Part shown: in pieces, positions 30,961 through 48,300 of the stretch
Numbering within the stretch: the stretch's first letter is position 1
Layout: every line of letters starts with the position of its first letter
Source of the DNA: the human T2T-CHM13v2.0 reference genome, Homo sapiens
Length of the DNA stretch: 64,000 nt
Assembly (NCBI RefSeq): GCF_009914755.1
Contig: NC_060925.1
Direction: 5' to 3' (one strand)
Notes under the pieces: generated by a model
What the model was told of the DNA's origin: nothing
Databases searched by the model: none
Seen by the model: only the letters and a program-made list of their open reading frames with translations
Program-made: the position numbers and the translations under genes

Positions 30961-31489
30961 ATAGCCAAAAGATTGAAGGTTCAGGGGCAATCTAGGGAAG
31001 ACCTACTTCTCTTGGTAAGAGGTGATTCAACACTTGTCAACAAAGGAGAAAACCCTCAGTGTCCAATGACAGAGAAGCAAGCTGGGCTTGGCCCATGGAT
31101 CTTAGAAGCTCAGCTTAGAAGGAAAGCCTCTGCTTCTCAGAGGTTTGAGGCTTGTTCAAAGATGTCACATAAATACACAATAAGTGCCCTGCTCGTTGTG
31201 TATTTATGTAACATCTTTAAACAAGTCAGAGAAATAACTGCCCCAGACTCTACTTACATCTGTTCCTTGAGGATGTTGGCTTACAGATTATGCCTACTGT
31301 GCCCTGTCCATGCCTCTGCATACCATTTTCTGCTCGTCTTCTCTCTGTCTGTGCAGGACATTGCCACAGTCTTTTAAAAGCTGCATAGTAATATGCAATC
31401 AATTCCGTGGAAACAGATCCTCACCTCCACTCTCAATGGCTCGTGTGTCCTAATGAGTTTTTCAGTAACGGGAATGAGGCTCTGCTGAG

Positions 31490-31670
31490 GCACAGCAGAA
31501 GAGTGGAAATAGTAATGTGTGGCTGTTCAAGTCTAAAGGATGGGGGCTCAAATGCCCACCTTTCAAATTACTAACTGTGTTTCTCTTTGAATCAATTTCC
31601 TCTTCTATAAAATGTAGATGATAATATCTACCTGGCATGTTTGTTGTGAGATCAGTTCTGATCATTGGAG
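31490..31670 (+). mobile_element. MIR
   Basis: tttcctcttctataaaatgtagatgataatatctacct core. Confidence 0.7.
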
Positions 31671-33378
31671 TATTTTATTATCTGCCCAAACTCTTACATA
31701 GTGGAAGACTCCAGGCTTGGGTAATGGTAAAATATATCTGTAGGACTTGGAGAAGCTACTCAACCCCTAAATTGAGTTGATGCCTTTGGGTCCACAGTTC
31801 TAGACTCCACTCCGTGGATTGAACCAAGTGCTATGTATAAGATGATACCTATCATCCTCTTGTGCCCAGCCTCAAGCATCTTGTCAGCACTAAGGGGCAA
31901 AGGGCAGAAGGAGTCTTGGCAGATCCAACTCATATGGTTGCATGTTAGAGCAGCACTTAAGATTTGGGGTGGGGTGGGGGTGAGAGAATATCAGGAGAAA
32001 GAGTCCCAGAGCTTGATACAGATAATTTGATACTTACTTTTTGAATCATGGGATTCTAGAAATATAGACAAAACAAAATGTTCTACCGATGACACAGAAA
32101 GGTTTTTATCATCATTCATTTTAGCCCTTGTTCAGCTAAAGGCTTTTCTAGGGTATGATGAATTCATAGTAATATGTAGTTTCACAGCATACTATTGCTT
32201 ACCATTTTCTGCTTTCTTAACAAGATGGTGTTAGGCTGGGAGAGCTGTAATTTATAGCGTAGGAGAAGCCTTTCAAATTAAAAATCTTGAAGCCCACTCA
32301 TCCTTATTTGGAGGGGATTTAAGGGCCCTCATTTTAAAATATCGTCTCCCATGCCCTGATTTCTAAACCAATTGATAAATAAAATATTTTTTTAAATCAG
32401 AAGACAAAATATCACCTTTATTATGAGAGAATTTAGTTTATAACTGTGGGCAGGGCACTTCCTAACACTGAACCCCCAATTACATCGTCATAGCTACCAG
32501 GTCGCTGGCAGGACTAGACCACAGCAGCCCTTCCTACATATGGTCCGCCCTAGCCTGTAAAGCTGATGGCATGAAGGTGCGGGTGGCAGTGTGCTTCCCA
32601 CCAGCACCTGTCCCCGAAGAGGAAGAGACAGGGTGGGGTGGTAGGGACTAGTCATGTCCAGTTTTTCCTTTGAAGCCCTTACAACCTAGAGAGTAACAGG
32701 TGAGAGGGTGGAGAGAAGCCAAGAGTAGATGGAAGGGAATAAATATCAGGAGTGAAGTAGCTTCTCCCTCCCTTAACATTCATCTTTGATGACTGCCTTT
32801 TTCATTCATTTATTCAGCCTGCACCTATCAGGCATCTGTGACACGGCATGGCTGTGTTAGTGTGTGGGATTCAGAGATGATGGATCCCTGCTCTCAAGAA
32901 ATGGGGATCTATTGAGGGAAAGGTAAACAGGCAGTTTACACAGGATGACACCGGGATAAAGGTGTGTATAGGTGCCATGTGAAGACATGGGAGGGAGTTT
33001 GGTCCAGTGTGGGCCTCCAGGTAAAGGTATTTTAGAGGAGTTGACTTCTAAGCTATTCAGTAGGGATGACATCCTGGTGTCTTAAGAGAAGATAGAACTT
33101 TTCTTCTGAAACCAGCTGGGGGCCTAAAATTGGATTACCACTAGATAAAAATGTAGGGCAAAACTATAGTTTCAGAAATCAGGTGCTTTCTTAGAAATTA
33201 AACACACAGGTTGAGTGGATTCTGTTTATCTTGTCAGCTTATGAGAGCTCAACTTTAGCAAGAAGGAGCATCATGACAGGGTATTCAGTACATGTGCTCA
33301 GCATCCCAACAGTTTGATGTCTGAAATGGAGGCTGTTCTCAAAAATGTAAACTGTATGATGTAAAACAGCCTTTTCTA

Positions 33379-33799
<421 letters not shown>

Positions 33800-34334
33800 T
33801 CAACTCCCTTATGTATTGATGGAATAACACTAACTGCTCTACTCACTCTCGTAGTCAGATTATCAGAACAAACAGGAGTAACAGATGTGCTGTGCTGTAG
33901 ACGGTTAAAAGTCCAAGGCATCATTTTTAATATCTTCTTATAATGAAATACAAATGGATGCCAGCCTGGAGCAGAGTATGTATTTTTTAACTAATCAGTT
34001 GCCTCTGGCACTAATACTAAACTTTGCAGCTGTGGCCAGAAAAGCAGGGGGAAGGCAGATGTGGGGGAAAAAAAATCCTGTGAAATAAATACATTTTAAT
34101 GGGAAAAATCCTTACCAGCGCCCTAAGAAGTAGGGAAGTGGGGGTGGGGCAAGAATAATTTTTATAATCTTGATTTGTTTGGAGAAAGATTGATAGACTG
34201 TGCCAGGTCTCTTTAGGATACTATGACAAATGGAAGCATAACCTGTAAGAGCATTTCACAACCAATGTGCTCCATTCCCACAGATTAACTACCTGTGTGG
34301 GTTTTGATACCTACTGAAAAAGGACCACTTCTTT

Positions 34335-35465
34335 CATTTATTCAATAAATGTTTATTGAGCATCAGCTGTGTGCCAAGCACTCTTCTTGGTGCTAGGATT
34401 CAGCAGGGAATCCCTGGCCTTATGGAACTTTGATTCTAGAGAGGGAAGAAAGACAGTGAACAAAATAGTGAGTACGAAAGGTACGTAGGATATAAGATGG
34501 TGATATGTAAGTGCTACATAGGGAAATCAAGCCGAGAGGGGAGGGATGCAGCTCTAAGCAGGGTGATCAGAGGAGGGCTACTTGCGAAGGGCAAATTTGA
34601 ACAAAGTCTGGACAAAGACGAGAGGGTGAGCAAGGATGCAGTAGGAGGAGAGGTTTCCAAGCAGAAGAACCAGCCAGTAGAAAGGCAGACCAATGTGGTG
34701 AGATCAGGGAATGAAAGCAAGGGGGTGAGGTCAGAGTGGAGTGAGGATGCATTTGGGACCTTGGGGATGTAAATTACACCGGTTCTTATAGGCTCTTATA
34801 AGGACTTCAGCATTTACCCTGAGTGAGATGGGGCAGAGAGGTAATGCCACCTAGATTTTAATAGATACATCCTGAAGGTTTTGTTGAAAATAGATTGTCA
34901 GGAGCAAGAATTAAAGAATTAAAGCAGGGAGTTAAAAAGCTGGATTTTTCCAATAAATAAAATGAGCGTCTTCTACATGCCAGCCAGCATTCTAGGTATA
35001 AGGGATATAAAAGTGAACAAAACAGACAAAAATCCCTTGCCCTGGTGGAGATTACATTTTAGTGGAAGGGGATAAACAATAATTAAAATATAAGTAAATT
35101 AGCGAGTTAAGGACCAGTAAGTACAATGGAGAAAACTAAAACAAGCAGGGTTGATAGGGAGGGGCACTTATTGCAATCTTCCAGGCAAGAGTTGCTAATG
35201 ACCTGCACCAACGTGGGAGCAATAGGGGTGATGAGAAGTAAGCGGGTTCCAGGTATATTTGAAAGGTAGAGCTGGCAAGATTTGCTGACACATTAGATGT
35301 GGGTTGAGAAGAATTGGTGATGATGCCTGTGTTTATGACCTGAGCAACTAGGATAGAGTTGCCAGCAGCTGAGATGGGAAGACCACAGGAGGGGCATCTC
35401 TGGGTGAGGGGTGGAGATCAGAAGTTCGGTTTGACCAAATTATGTTTGAGATGCCTATTAGACAT
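34335..35465 (-). mobile_element. L2 LINE 3' region, with a second L2 3' fragment at about 34950-35160
   Basis: ttcatttattcaataaatgtttattgagca...tgtgccaagcact; ends ttatgtttgagatgcctattagacatc. Confidence 0.7.
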
Positions 35466-36358
35466 CTTACTGCTGGACTTATCATAATAAGCTGCCTTTC
35501 ACAGCTCTTTGCAGGTGACTGGGTTTTTCTGTGTGTATCATCTCATTAAATTGAGAAGGGACTCCTTTTTGAACATGTAGTACAATGAATGAATAGACCT
35601 AAGAGTCCTGAGAACAGCTCTGGCATGGGACAAAGCTTTCATTATGTTTGGGTCTGTTTGTGCTGTGGTAATTCAAAATACACAATTCTTTCTGGTAACT
35701 GTACTTTAAGTTCCAATTTTTATATTGTAGATTGGAATCAATATACTATAAAAATGGACTTTTCCAGAAAAAAATGAAGATTGGCATCATAATCTAGAGA
35801 TATAATAGAAAGAGAAAAAACACTTTTGAATTATGATGGAAGATAAAACATGCATATTTTTTTAATTAAGTAGGAACACAAAAACTCAATTTAAAAATGC
35901 ATGAAAGACCTATCAATATGTTTCTCCATGCCTTCTTCACTATGAACTTTGAATTTTTTCAACTAGAATTCTATTAAAATAGAAGCATATAATAAGTTAC
36001 CTTTATTATTTATTTTTATATCTTTGATGAATCTTGTATATATTCATTATACAAATGAATATGAATTCGTTAGCCAAGAACCTAACAATAATCTATGACT
36101 GGGATTTAAAATTTCTCGTATAATAATTAACATGTGTTCAATGCTTTTTGGTTAACAAAGCTCTTTTTACATATGTATTATCTTATCCCATCTTCTCAAC
36201 ACTCCTATGAGGTCAGGATTTCATAGGCAAGGAAACTGAGATTGGAAGATGGAGGTTACATTCCCAGGTTAGTTTGGTAGGGAGTCAAATACAGGCCTTT
36301 CCATGCTCTTTCTACTACCTCATACTGTAACTGAACAAATTACAAACAATGTCACTAG

Positions 36359-37094
<736 letters not shown>

Positions 37095-37929
37095 CACTTC
37101 ACAAAATGTTTTTATATATGTATTATCTTACTTCATCCTCAGAATAATCCTATGAAATAAATTCTCTTGTTAGCCAGATTGAGAAAGACAAGGTATGGAA
37201 AGATAAAGTAACTTTCTCAAGGTCATTCAGCCAGGATGCTAGAGTCATAATTTCCATCCAATTCACCTTCAACCTAGAGCTCATAGGCTTGGCTGTAGCA
37301 TGAGGATCTTTGCTTTAGCCCAAAGCTTCTTGGTTTTTTGGTTTTTTGTTTTGTTTTTTTTTTTCAGTGAAAACCCAATGGGAGAAATACAGAGGAAGAT
37401 GTTAGTAGTTGTTTATACTTAAGTATGAATTGGTTTCTGTTCCAGAGAGTGCATCTTATTAGCAGGTAAAGGAAGAGAGCAGAAAGTTTGAGGGGAAATA
37501 TAAGGACTGTGTTTCCTCTGTCAGAGAAGAAGCAGTAGATTTTAAGAAAGAATGAAAAAAAAGGAGTTAGTGGCTTCCATTCGCGGAACTGTTTTTTTTC
37601 ATTAGTGACGCCTGGACTATGTTACTGTTCTTTTTCTTAATTTTAAAATTTTACATTCAATAAAATTCACTCTTTAGTGTACAGCTCTGTGAATGTTAAT
37701 AACATTCTTGTAACCAATACCACAGACAAGATACGGAACAATCCCCAAACTCTTTCATTGTTCTCACCTACTCTTAGTTTAAAGTCTGATGTCACTTAGT
37801 GCCAGGGAACTTATTTTACTTTGCTTGATTTCCATGTTGATTTTAATTCCTCTACCAGTGCTGCTGCTATCCCATTATGTTTCAAAAATTGAGAGATTAT
37901 GAAAGAGACTTAAATACGTACAGTATTTT

Positions 37930-38990
37930 AATCTATGATAAGAGTGGCATTTTATATTAGAGAAGCAAAAGGGGTTAGTGAGTAAAGTATATTGGGACAG
38001 TCTGGAAAAAATAATGTTTCTTACATCAAAACAAATTTCAGCCGGAATCAAAAATATAATATTAAGCCATAAAATAGCACAAGAAAATACAGGGCAAATT
38101 TTTATACTATTGGAGTAAAGAAGGGCTTTCTAAATAATGCCAAAAAACCAGCATCCATGAAAGGAAAGTATCCAAAATTTATGCATGGAAAAAACACCAT
38201 GAACAAAGTCAAAACACAAAAGATAGAAAAAAAATTGTAACAGACGTGACAGGGCTAAATTATCTAACATATAAATTATTTTTAAAAGTTAGTAAGAGAA
38301 AGACCAACAATCCAATAGAAAGACAAGAAAGGGATATAAACAGAAAAGGAAAACATTTGAAAGACATCTCATTCATGTATCATGAGAGCAATACTGATTA
38401 AAACTTGAGTGATATTTTTACCTATTAGATTAGCAAAGATCAAAAGGTGTCTTAACACAATATTGGTAAGCATGTGGAAAACAGACATTCTCTTGTGCTA
38501 CTAAAGGACTGTAAATTGGTTCAACCTCTACAGAGGACATTTTAGTTTTTTATATATATAAAATGTAAATGTGTGTGATAAAGTTTATAACACAAAAACA
38601 TGTTTACATTTTGTACCTATATTAGTACATATATAAATTTTACATGTAAGCCGTGCATACATGGCTAGGGCATATGAACAAAAATGTACATAAAGTATTG
38701 ATTGCAACATTGATTACAATAAGAGACTGGTAATAACTGAAATACCTACCAACTGAGTATTGTACATTAGGAGCTCTTTAAAAATAAAAAGATAGGTCTG
38801 TCTCCATGAATTCATGGACTAATCCTTGAGTTATATTGTTACATTAATTCAGCAAAGGAGAGTGCTAAGAAATATGTATGGAATGCTGCATGGGAGAGGG
38901 GATGCATGTACGTATCAGACTGTATGTGGAAGGATAGAAACTAATAGTGGTTTACTCCAGGGAAAGGGGCAAGGTTGTTGGCAGACAACT
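37930..38990 (+). mobile_element. Degraded ancient L1M (ORF2 end / 3' UTR)
   Basis: A-rich sense strand with L1-like blocks (aagaccaacaatccaatagaaa, tttttacctattagattagcaaagatcaaaa, tgtaaattggttcaacctct). Confidence 0.65.
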
Positions 38991-40993
38991 TTTTGGTGCC
39001 TTATCCAGTGAGAAAGATATTGCTAAGTTTTCAGTCCTCCTTTTATATCAAATATTATGATTTCTTTATTCTTAAAAATATTTGTCTAGTGATCTAATAA
39101 TCTTGTTTATACTAAAATGATGACAGTGATCAAAACCACATACTCACACATGGGGGAGTTCATAAAATCCTTGGCAATTTTTATACATCTAGCTTTTAGC
39201 TGTACTAACCTGAACTTTTGGAGTGATTCCAAAAATGTGTGATTTTTCTAGTAAAAAATAATACTCTTTTCCCCCTCACAGAGAGCATGGGGTTCAGTGT
39301 AAGGTGAGCATTTTCATTCACAGTAGCTATTAGTTGGTTGCAGGTTCTGCCTTACGAACCCATTAAATATAAATGTACTTGTACTATCTTATAACATAAT
39401 TGGTTATAAATACTTTTTAGAGTATTTTAATTTTGTGTAGTCTAATATTTTGGTGTTTAAATTTTTTAAATGAAAAGAAAAAGAATTATTAAAAATCAAG
39501 CATTTTGATAGGTATTTTCATATGCATTACCTTAGTTGCATTTGTTATTATAAATCTGCACAATTGGAATTATTAGCCCCTTTTAAAGAAGATGAAACGG
39601 AGCAAAGGTTCAGATCCCAGTCTGCTGGACTCCAAAGCCCAGTGTTTTCTACTCTACCAGGACACATACTATGTTTAGAGGTGTAATATCATGCAGCTTT
39701 CCTTTGAAAATCTTAAAACACCCCATTAAAAATCTTTTACATTACGTCAAGAATAACACCATCCTGGGTACATTGAAATAGATGAAAAACATGGAAACCA
39801 AAGCAGGAAAAAGATTAAGAGATAAGCATTACAAAGAAGGAATAGGAAAAAGAACAGAACATTGGATGATTCCATTCATTTGGGTCGTCATAACCCAGTC
39901 AACTCTTGTGTTCACCTTAGTTTTTTATTATTTCAGATGACAGATGAGTTTAAGTCTTTCTTTATAAAGATAATATATGGCATTTTAGGAAATTTGCAAA
40001 ATATAGAAAAGCATAAAAAAGAAAATTATATTCTCCCATTATCAACTATTAACATTTTGGTTTTGTTTCCTCATCTTTGTGTGTGTGTGTGTGTGTGTGT
40101 GTATACACATATAAGATGATTGTGACCATACTGAATATAATATCTAGTATGCCATTAATTCACATTTTATGCCTTTTCGTACTCAAAAAAAAGTTAAGAA
40201 ATAGGATTTTAAATAATTTTTACCTATATTCTTACTATAGGACATAAACTTTTCTTCTAACCTATGGAGTATGCTCCAGCATATCCTTAGACATGTATTT
40301 TTGTCCCCAACTCTAATAATTTTTTTAGGATATGTTTCTAGAATTGGAATTGCTAATACAAACAGTATGAACATTCCTCTTGATACACATTACTTCATTG
40401 CTTTCAGAAAGGTTGTGCCAATTTACACCTTTTCAAATTGTGTACGAGTATGATCATAACATTAACCCTTGAGAAGTTTGGGTGTTATCTTTTTTAATTG
40501 TTGGAAGGCAAATGTGTTGGGGATATAATGTCCCTTATCAGATATTGGAATCAGTAGTCCCTGATGAAATGATTTTAGTGTTTTTCTTTACTTGTATCAA
40601 TTATATTAAAATTGGAATTTTAGGGATTTCCCATCCTATTTGCAAAGCCTCTCCATAGGGATCACCCTTTGGACTGTTCCTGTGAAGAGAGTGACCTGTT
40701 GGATATCACAGAGGGGTAAAGCCTTAGTTAAAGGGCTGGGAGATTGGAGTAATGTCCATTATACTGGACTCTATATAGAGAAGTTCAGAGAGGTTAACTG
40801 GCTTGCCAAGATCACATTTCTAATAAGAGATCTAATGAATTCAATCCAGGATTTGCTGGTTTTTAAAATTTATTTTCTATTTACTATGTTGCACTGTCTC
40901 CAAAAAAAGTATTATTTGAGATTTTTAGGTTCCATTTGTGTTTTATTTAAGATTAAAAATTACTGGAAGTTATTTAAAAATCATCCATAATCC

Positions 40994-41306
<313 letters not shown>

Positions 41307-41914
41307 TCAAAGACAATCACTCTCTGTGCATATTTCCCAGTCATTTTCTGTGCATATTTTAATCATAATTGATCATGATATATGTGTGTATTATACAGTT
41401 TTGTAAATGATTCTTATTTTGTCTTATAAGCACATTACATTATTATTTTAAGATATTATTAATGGCTGCAAAATATTCCAATGTATGGATGAAGCATTAA
41501 CTTATAAGTTGGTTCCAATTTGTTGCTCTTATAAGTAATGATGTAATGAACATCTTGTAGCATAAACCTTTATCTGTATTATTAGTATTTGTGGAGGATA
41601 AATTCCTGAAGTAGATTCCAGAGTTGCACTGCCTTTTGAGAGGCTGCAGAAGTCTTTCAAGAGGGAGCAATCCAATATATTGATCTAAGTTTCTTTTTTT
41701 AGCAAACTCCAGCTGAATCCAGGGTTTATTCCCTGTGGCTATTTAATATAACTTTCACCTGTCCCTACCCATATACATGGTTGCTTCTGATCAATAAACA
41801 TTTTCTGTCAATTGAGCAACACACAGCATACACATAAAAATAAATGACAGTCATAAAATTTGGATCAGCCATCAGAAGTAAATTTAAATGAACTGAAACA
41901 AAGTTGTATTCTTA

Positions 41915-42258
<344 letters not shown>

Positions 42259-43769
42259 AGATTGGCTACAGGAAACACTCACTGCACTCATTGTAAAGTG
42301 CCTTCTTCTTGCACAGATTTTGGTAACATAAGGTCAAAGCGTCTCCAGTTGAAGGGTTACTCTGGTCTCCTCTCTGTGTGCACATTATAACATGAATTCT
42401 CTTGCACCTCCCTTTCTATACTTTTTACCCCAAATTCTGATATAGCTTGACCTCCTACTGCCCTTAGGATCCTTAATACAAACAGAAATACTAACAGAGC
42501 AAAGCCATCTGGCCAGACTATTTCTTTTCATGGTTTTTGTGACTTCTTGGCACCTTAGACATGCCATGCAAATAGTTAGCATACACGTTAAGCATTGCTA
42601 ATATATTTAAGTTAGAATTCATTAGCTTTTCAGGAAGGAAGCTTGTGGGTATGTTGTTCTGTAATTACTAGCGATAAGGAGGCTTTTATTCTGTGCCCTG
42701 AGGGTTGTGAGTTTTTGTTGTTGCTGTTGGTAACTTGTTTGTAGAGACAAAAGATTTGCAGAAATAATAGGACGAGGTAGCTGTACAGATGTGATCAGAA
42801 TAATAGAAATTCGGCGTAGTTATCCTCTAGATGCTAAACATCTGGATAAAAACTACAACATCCATTCCATCATGTGGGGGTTTCTAAATCTCTGAATATT
42901 GGATCATGTGTAAGTAAGGCCTGTAGATTTTTAAAAGGCTGTTTCTCTAGCTATCTAATAATATTACTAATACTAACCCAGGCCCTGTAAACTTGTCGAT
43001 ACCAATTGATTTCTTTGAAGGAGAAACACTCCAATACTTTCTAGCATTTCTTTTGTGACCTTGTAAGAAATAGTGCTGTTCAAATTTTTAAGTGAGTTCA
43101 GTTGTAATGGTTTCATATAGAAATTAGCCGATATATTTTCTAACAGTTTCTGCATTATTTTTAGAAATGAAAGTTTTCTCACAGGACCTTTTTTTTTTTT
43201 AAATAGCATGACAGTGCAGTTAAAAGATTCGGGACATTATTTCAATGAGGTATTTAGCCACCTCCTTGTTTCAGTTTGCAACTGAATGCTTCTTAGGCAC
43301 GTTTCCTTTACTGCCAGGAGTCACTGATAAACATTTAATAAAATTGCAATTTGAATACCCAGGGTTCTGTTTAAGTCTATATTCCTGAACTTGTTTTGAT
43401 TACTTTTGTCTAATAACTGGCAAATTTTGAGCAGGTAGTAGAATCATATAGTAAGCCTATTTTGAATAAAATTGAATTTTCGACTAGCTTTAGAGGGAGA
43501 CTCCCACACATGAATATGTCTGAGTTTCTGAAAACGAGGGAACACATGAAGGTGCATCTTGATATTTGAGATGAGAAGGGAAAGGTTTAGAGTGGAAGAA
43601 TGTCTAGTTGCCTTAACAGTGTTTAGAATTGAAATTTGGTGTCTGTTTATTTTGTAAATTATTTCCTCCTCTTAAAATAAATTCAACAGGCTTCTTGCCC
43701 GTCATTTTCAAACATTTAGATCCCTGATCCTTAAAATACTACCTTTCCTTGCTGTATGGCAAAACGTAA

Positions 43770-44165
43770 TTTGCAATTTCTCTATCTTCTCCTTTCCCTC
43801 CACAATTGCCAGCTCCGTTCCCTGCCTCTGTTCCTCCAATTGTGCTGTGCCCTTGGTGGCCTCAGTCCACTGGAACCTGTCAACCAACACATCTTTCACA
43901 GCCCATCCCAGAGGCCCGCTCCATCTCCCCTGTAAGGCTTGTCCTGTTCCTCCTGCCAGTGTCACTTTTCTGTCCTTTACACCCTGCAGAGTTTTATTTA
44001 TATTACTTTTTAGGCACTCATGTTTCCATCCTCTGTACTTATCTCTCCCCATTAGGCTGTAACATGTTGGGGATAGCAGCGTGTCTCACTCGCCTTTGCA
44101 TCCTCCATAGTGCTCAGTACAGAGCCTGGCACGTAGCAAGTGTTGAAATATCTCTTGGAGAGAGA
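43770..44165 (+). mobile_element. L2 3' fragment
   Basis: Ends agtgctcagtacagagcctggcacgtagcaagtgttgaaata. Confidence 0.55.
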
Positions 44166-44772
44166 GAAAAAAAATGAATCTATTAAAATGTCTCTATGAT
44201 GCACTGCGGAAGCTAGACTTGGTAGATCGAGTTTAAGGGAATGAAGAGGGGGTGAATGTTTGCTACTTCCGTATATTTGGAGTATTTGATAAAACAGAAG
44301 ACCAGTTTCTCTTCAAACTTCATGTCGGTTTGTAGGCCAGGCTGCCAGGGTTTAGGGTACCTCATCGCTTCCTGCATCTGGAAGTAAATTCAGAACCTCA
44401 AAGCTCACCCTGCCGTATCTTTTCTGCCAAGGTGCCTCACATTTTCCTCCTAGCTGCGGCCAGAGGAGCTGGCTGTCACTCAAGTAGGTCAGCCTCAGGT
44501 GAAACCAGCCACTTAGCCTCCTTCTGGGCACCCTGTGGGTATATGGAGGGGTGTTTGTTCAAAGAGCAGCTCCCCTTTCAGGTTTACCCTTTACACGGAA
44601 GAAATCTGGCTAAATTTTCTCCCTTTTCTGCCTTTCTGTGATTACATGTATTTTAGTGATTGCTAAATTTGAACTAAACCTTGAAACTAACTGCCTGCTT
44701 TCAAAACAAACCAATGTGAACTCACATTTTCTAGTTTGTCAGATTTGGGGAATTTTATTAATATTATTTTTA

Positions 44773-45082
<310 letters not shown>

Positions 45083-45461
45083 AAAGAAACCTCAACTGAC
45101 GTTGGCATGAATATTTTAATATCTTAATATCTTCTTCTTCAGTCATATTTTTTCCAAAGACAAGCTGAAAGCATCTCCACTCAAATCAGTTTGACCACGT
45201 TTTCAACACCATGTTCAGGTATAATGGTTGAGTGAAGGCTATTACAAACTCAAAACTAATTCATCTGGAAATGCCATGGTTCGTTTTTGCAGATATATCC
45301 CTTATACCTTCCCATTTGGAAAAAGAAAAAAGGAAACCTACCACAGGAACAACAAAAACTGGAATTTGTTTGGCTAGCAGTCAGTAAGCCACATTCATTT
45401 CTGAGGACGTAGAGGCCGTTCAGTCCTCTCAGGGACATCCGCCATGATAAACAGCAGTGCT

Positions 45462-45575
45462 TGGTCCCAGCACCTTGGGAGGCCGAGGCGAGAGGATTGC
45501 CTGAGCCCAAGAGTTTGAGACCAGCCTGAGCAACATGGCGAGACCCCCGTCTCTATTTAAAAAAAAAAAAAAAAA
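45462..45575 (+). mobile_element. Alu left-monomer (FLAM-like) fragment with poly-A
   Basis: tcccagcaccttgggaggccgaggcg...gagacccccgtctct plus poly-A; TSD-like agcagtgct / agcagtact. Confidence 0.8.
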
Positions 45576-48208
45576 GAGCAGTACTGATGGATGATTCCCC
45601 TACTAACCCTCTCCACCCCACTCCCTCATGTCCATGTACCCCACAGTGCCCCTAGAGATAATTCCTAGCATCCTCAGAGGCCCTGTCAAACTATTGTTCA
45701 TAAAGAGAGAACTGTTCTTGAGCCATTCCCCGACTGATCTTAGGGAGGCAGGACCGGTATTGTCTAAGTGAAGGATTATATAATTAGCAATGCCTACCAT
45801 AAGGGGGTAACACAGAAAGAATGCAAATTTTCTGGATATGGGATCAAATTCTGGTTTGGGATTTTGAAACTTACTGCTGTAGTGCAGGCCAAACTAAGAC
45901 TCTTGGATAATGTGAAGAAATACATTAGAGAGAGAGAGAAAATATGGTCAGATTAGTGCAAATGAGATCTGGCCAGAAGCTTCTTATAGGAACATTCTTC
46001 AATGTTAGGAAAATGGTTCATAGCGCTATTGCTAATATAGGTAAAATGGCTGCTAAAAAAAAAAAAAGCAAACACTTTCTGTTTCAGAAGCAGCCAAATA
46101 ATCAATGATTTGATTTCTAATAGTCATGTTTGCCATAAGGATTCTTATAATAAGATTAGGTAGCCAAGTTGGTTTCCCTGTTGACTTTATCAGTAAGTCA
46201 TCAAGTACTTCTGAACCTCCCCTCCAGAATGCCCAAAAATGTCCTACAATAATCTCCCCAGAAAACTATTTTCTGGATTTTATTATTTTTCATAGTTCTA
46301 CCTACAGCTTTGATTATTGCTGTTGTAAATAAGGCAAGAATTGTAATTAAGAAAGATATGAATATGATATAATATCATAGTATACACAGTTGTATGTAAT
46401 TAATTACCTTATTGCCCCTTTGCTTGATTTTATATTCACATTGTAAGCTCTTAACTGTGCATGTATAATTGATTCACTATGGTAAATGTGGTTGTTTTAA
46501 CAAAAAGTTTCAATTAAGGTTTTATTCAACAGTGTAATTCCCTTATCCAATTGTTTCTGTAGGAAAATCAAATTCAACTTATGTTATATCATTTTTGGGA
46601 CTATATCCTGTTATAGGTAACTGCCCTGCTAGAATAATGGAAGATGAGTCAGAATTTCTTTCTTCCTTCCTTTATTTTCCCTGTGTCCTTTTCCCAGAAG
46701 CTAGCTTTCTATGGAATAAACTTGCCTGGGCACCATTTGTCCCATTCTTTCACTTGAGTACTCAAAGACTAGTAGACTTTTGTAGCTGTTATATATGAAT
46801 ATATATGAATATATATATATATAAATGCAAACCCCCTAGCACCTCTCTTACCATTGTTCTTTTTCTTAAAGAACTAGAATCAAATTTCTAGAAGCTCTGG
46901 TAGGCTTTGATAGCATGAAAGGCCTTCTGGGATGTTCTGAAACTAAGACTGCAAGTTTTGTCCCATGATTGAAGAAGAGAAAATATCTGATTGTTGGCCT
47001 CATAGAAATTTTGTGTAGCTAAAGTATTTGCATGCTAAATCTTTCAAATGGAGAAATTGAGGTTAAGCAAAAATAGGTGATGGGATATAATATAAATACC
47101 TTTCCAGATTTAGCAAGCTTGCTATAGTGAAGCTATCTTCACAAAAAATGACACCCCCCCCTCAACCCCCAGAATGGCTTCTGTGTTGGGATCAGTTAGC
47201 ATGCTTGTTTTGGATGTCCCCAGTATGGTAAGAATGTCATAGGAAATCCTGCTATGTGTCTATGATGAGCAGCAGGCGAGTGCACACTGTTCTATCAGGG
47301 CCATCAAACATGGACTCACGTTTCAGCGTCTGTCATCAATCACTCATAGACTTCATACCTTAATATACCCTTCATTCCTTTTTGTTCCTTCTCAACCTAC
47401 CTACCTATTCATGTGTGAAAGAACACTTTTTTCCCTAACCACTAACAGGTTCAACAGGTTATTTCACCTCCTAGCTTCCTCTTTATCCCTCCCACATCCT
47501 CTTTGTGCTCTAAGAGCAGGGGAACACACTATCAGATAATTATAGTCTCTCCTTTTCAATATAAAAACTTTATGTTGCTGTTTCTCAAAGCATATCAAAG
47601 TAAAGCCATGGGGTGAATGGTACACTTAATATAGATTATTTTACTGAGCTTTTAAAAAAATTAAATTACCCCCATACCAGTAAGTGAGAGGTACAGGCAG
47701 AATGGCTAAAGGCAGAGGTATTTCTCAAATCTGTTCAAATTAGTCTGGCATAGCATGGGCTAGAGACAAAATCAGTAGATTTACATTGCTAGACAGTATG
47801 ACATATCATACATTTAGATCATTTTAAATAAAGTCATTACTGAATAGATCCTCCTAAAACAAATACTATTACCACAAAAAGTTTCTTATTTAAGAGACAT
47901 CAGGGACCCTCATGCTCAGCCTCTGTTCAGTGCCGTTTTAACACAGCCATGTCCACATCCATGTGACCATTGCAGATCTGTTTGGGTGGCTTAGCTCTTA
48001 CCAAAGACAACCAACAGGGTCTGGGCCAGATGGTGGAAATTTTATCCCTAGATTTGTTTAATGAGAGAAACAAGAAGTATGAGCAATTTTCTGTAAAACA
48101 GAAAGCCAGAGTAAGAGGAGCAGATGATGTCAATAAGGAAAAAAAAAATCTGGCAGGAATTTGATATCATGCCCTCAATTATCTGTGTTTTAAAAAGTTG
48201 CATATCCT

Positions 48209-48300
48209 GATTGTTTCTTAGATGGTGTTTGTCTAGAGTTAGCTTAAAAACCTAGATTGTTTCTTAGATGATGTGTGTCTGGAGTTAGTTTAAAAACCTT
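48209..48300. repeat. 46-bp tandem duplication, 2 copies, 41/46 identical
   Basis: gattgtttcttagatggtgtttgtctagagttagcttaaaaaccta / gattgtttcttagatgatgtgtgtctggagttagtttaaaaacctt. Confidence 0.92.

Noticed and set aside
47260-47350. ATGATGA C-box-like motif suggesting an intronic C/D snoRNA
   Set aside because: I saw no suitably placed CTGA D box or terminal stem.
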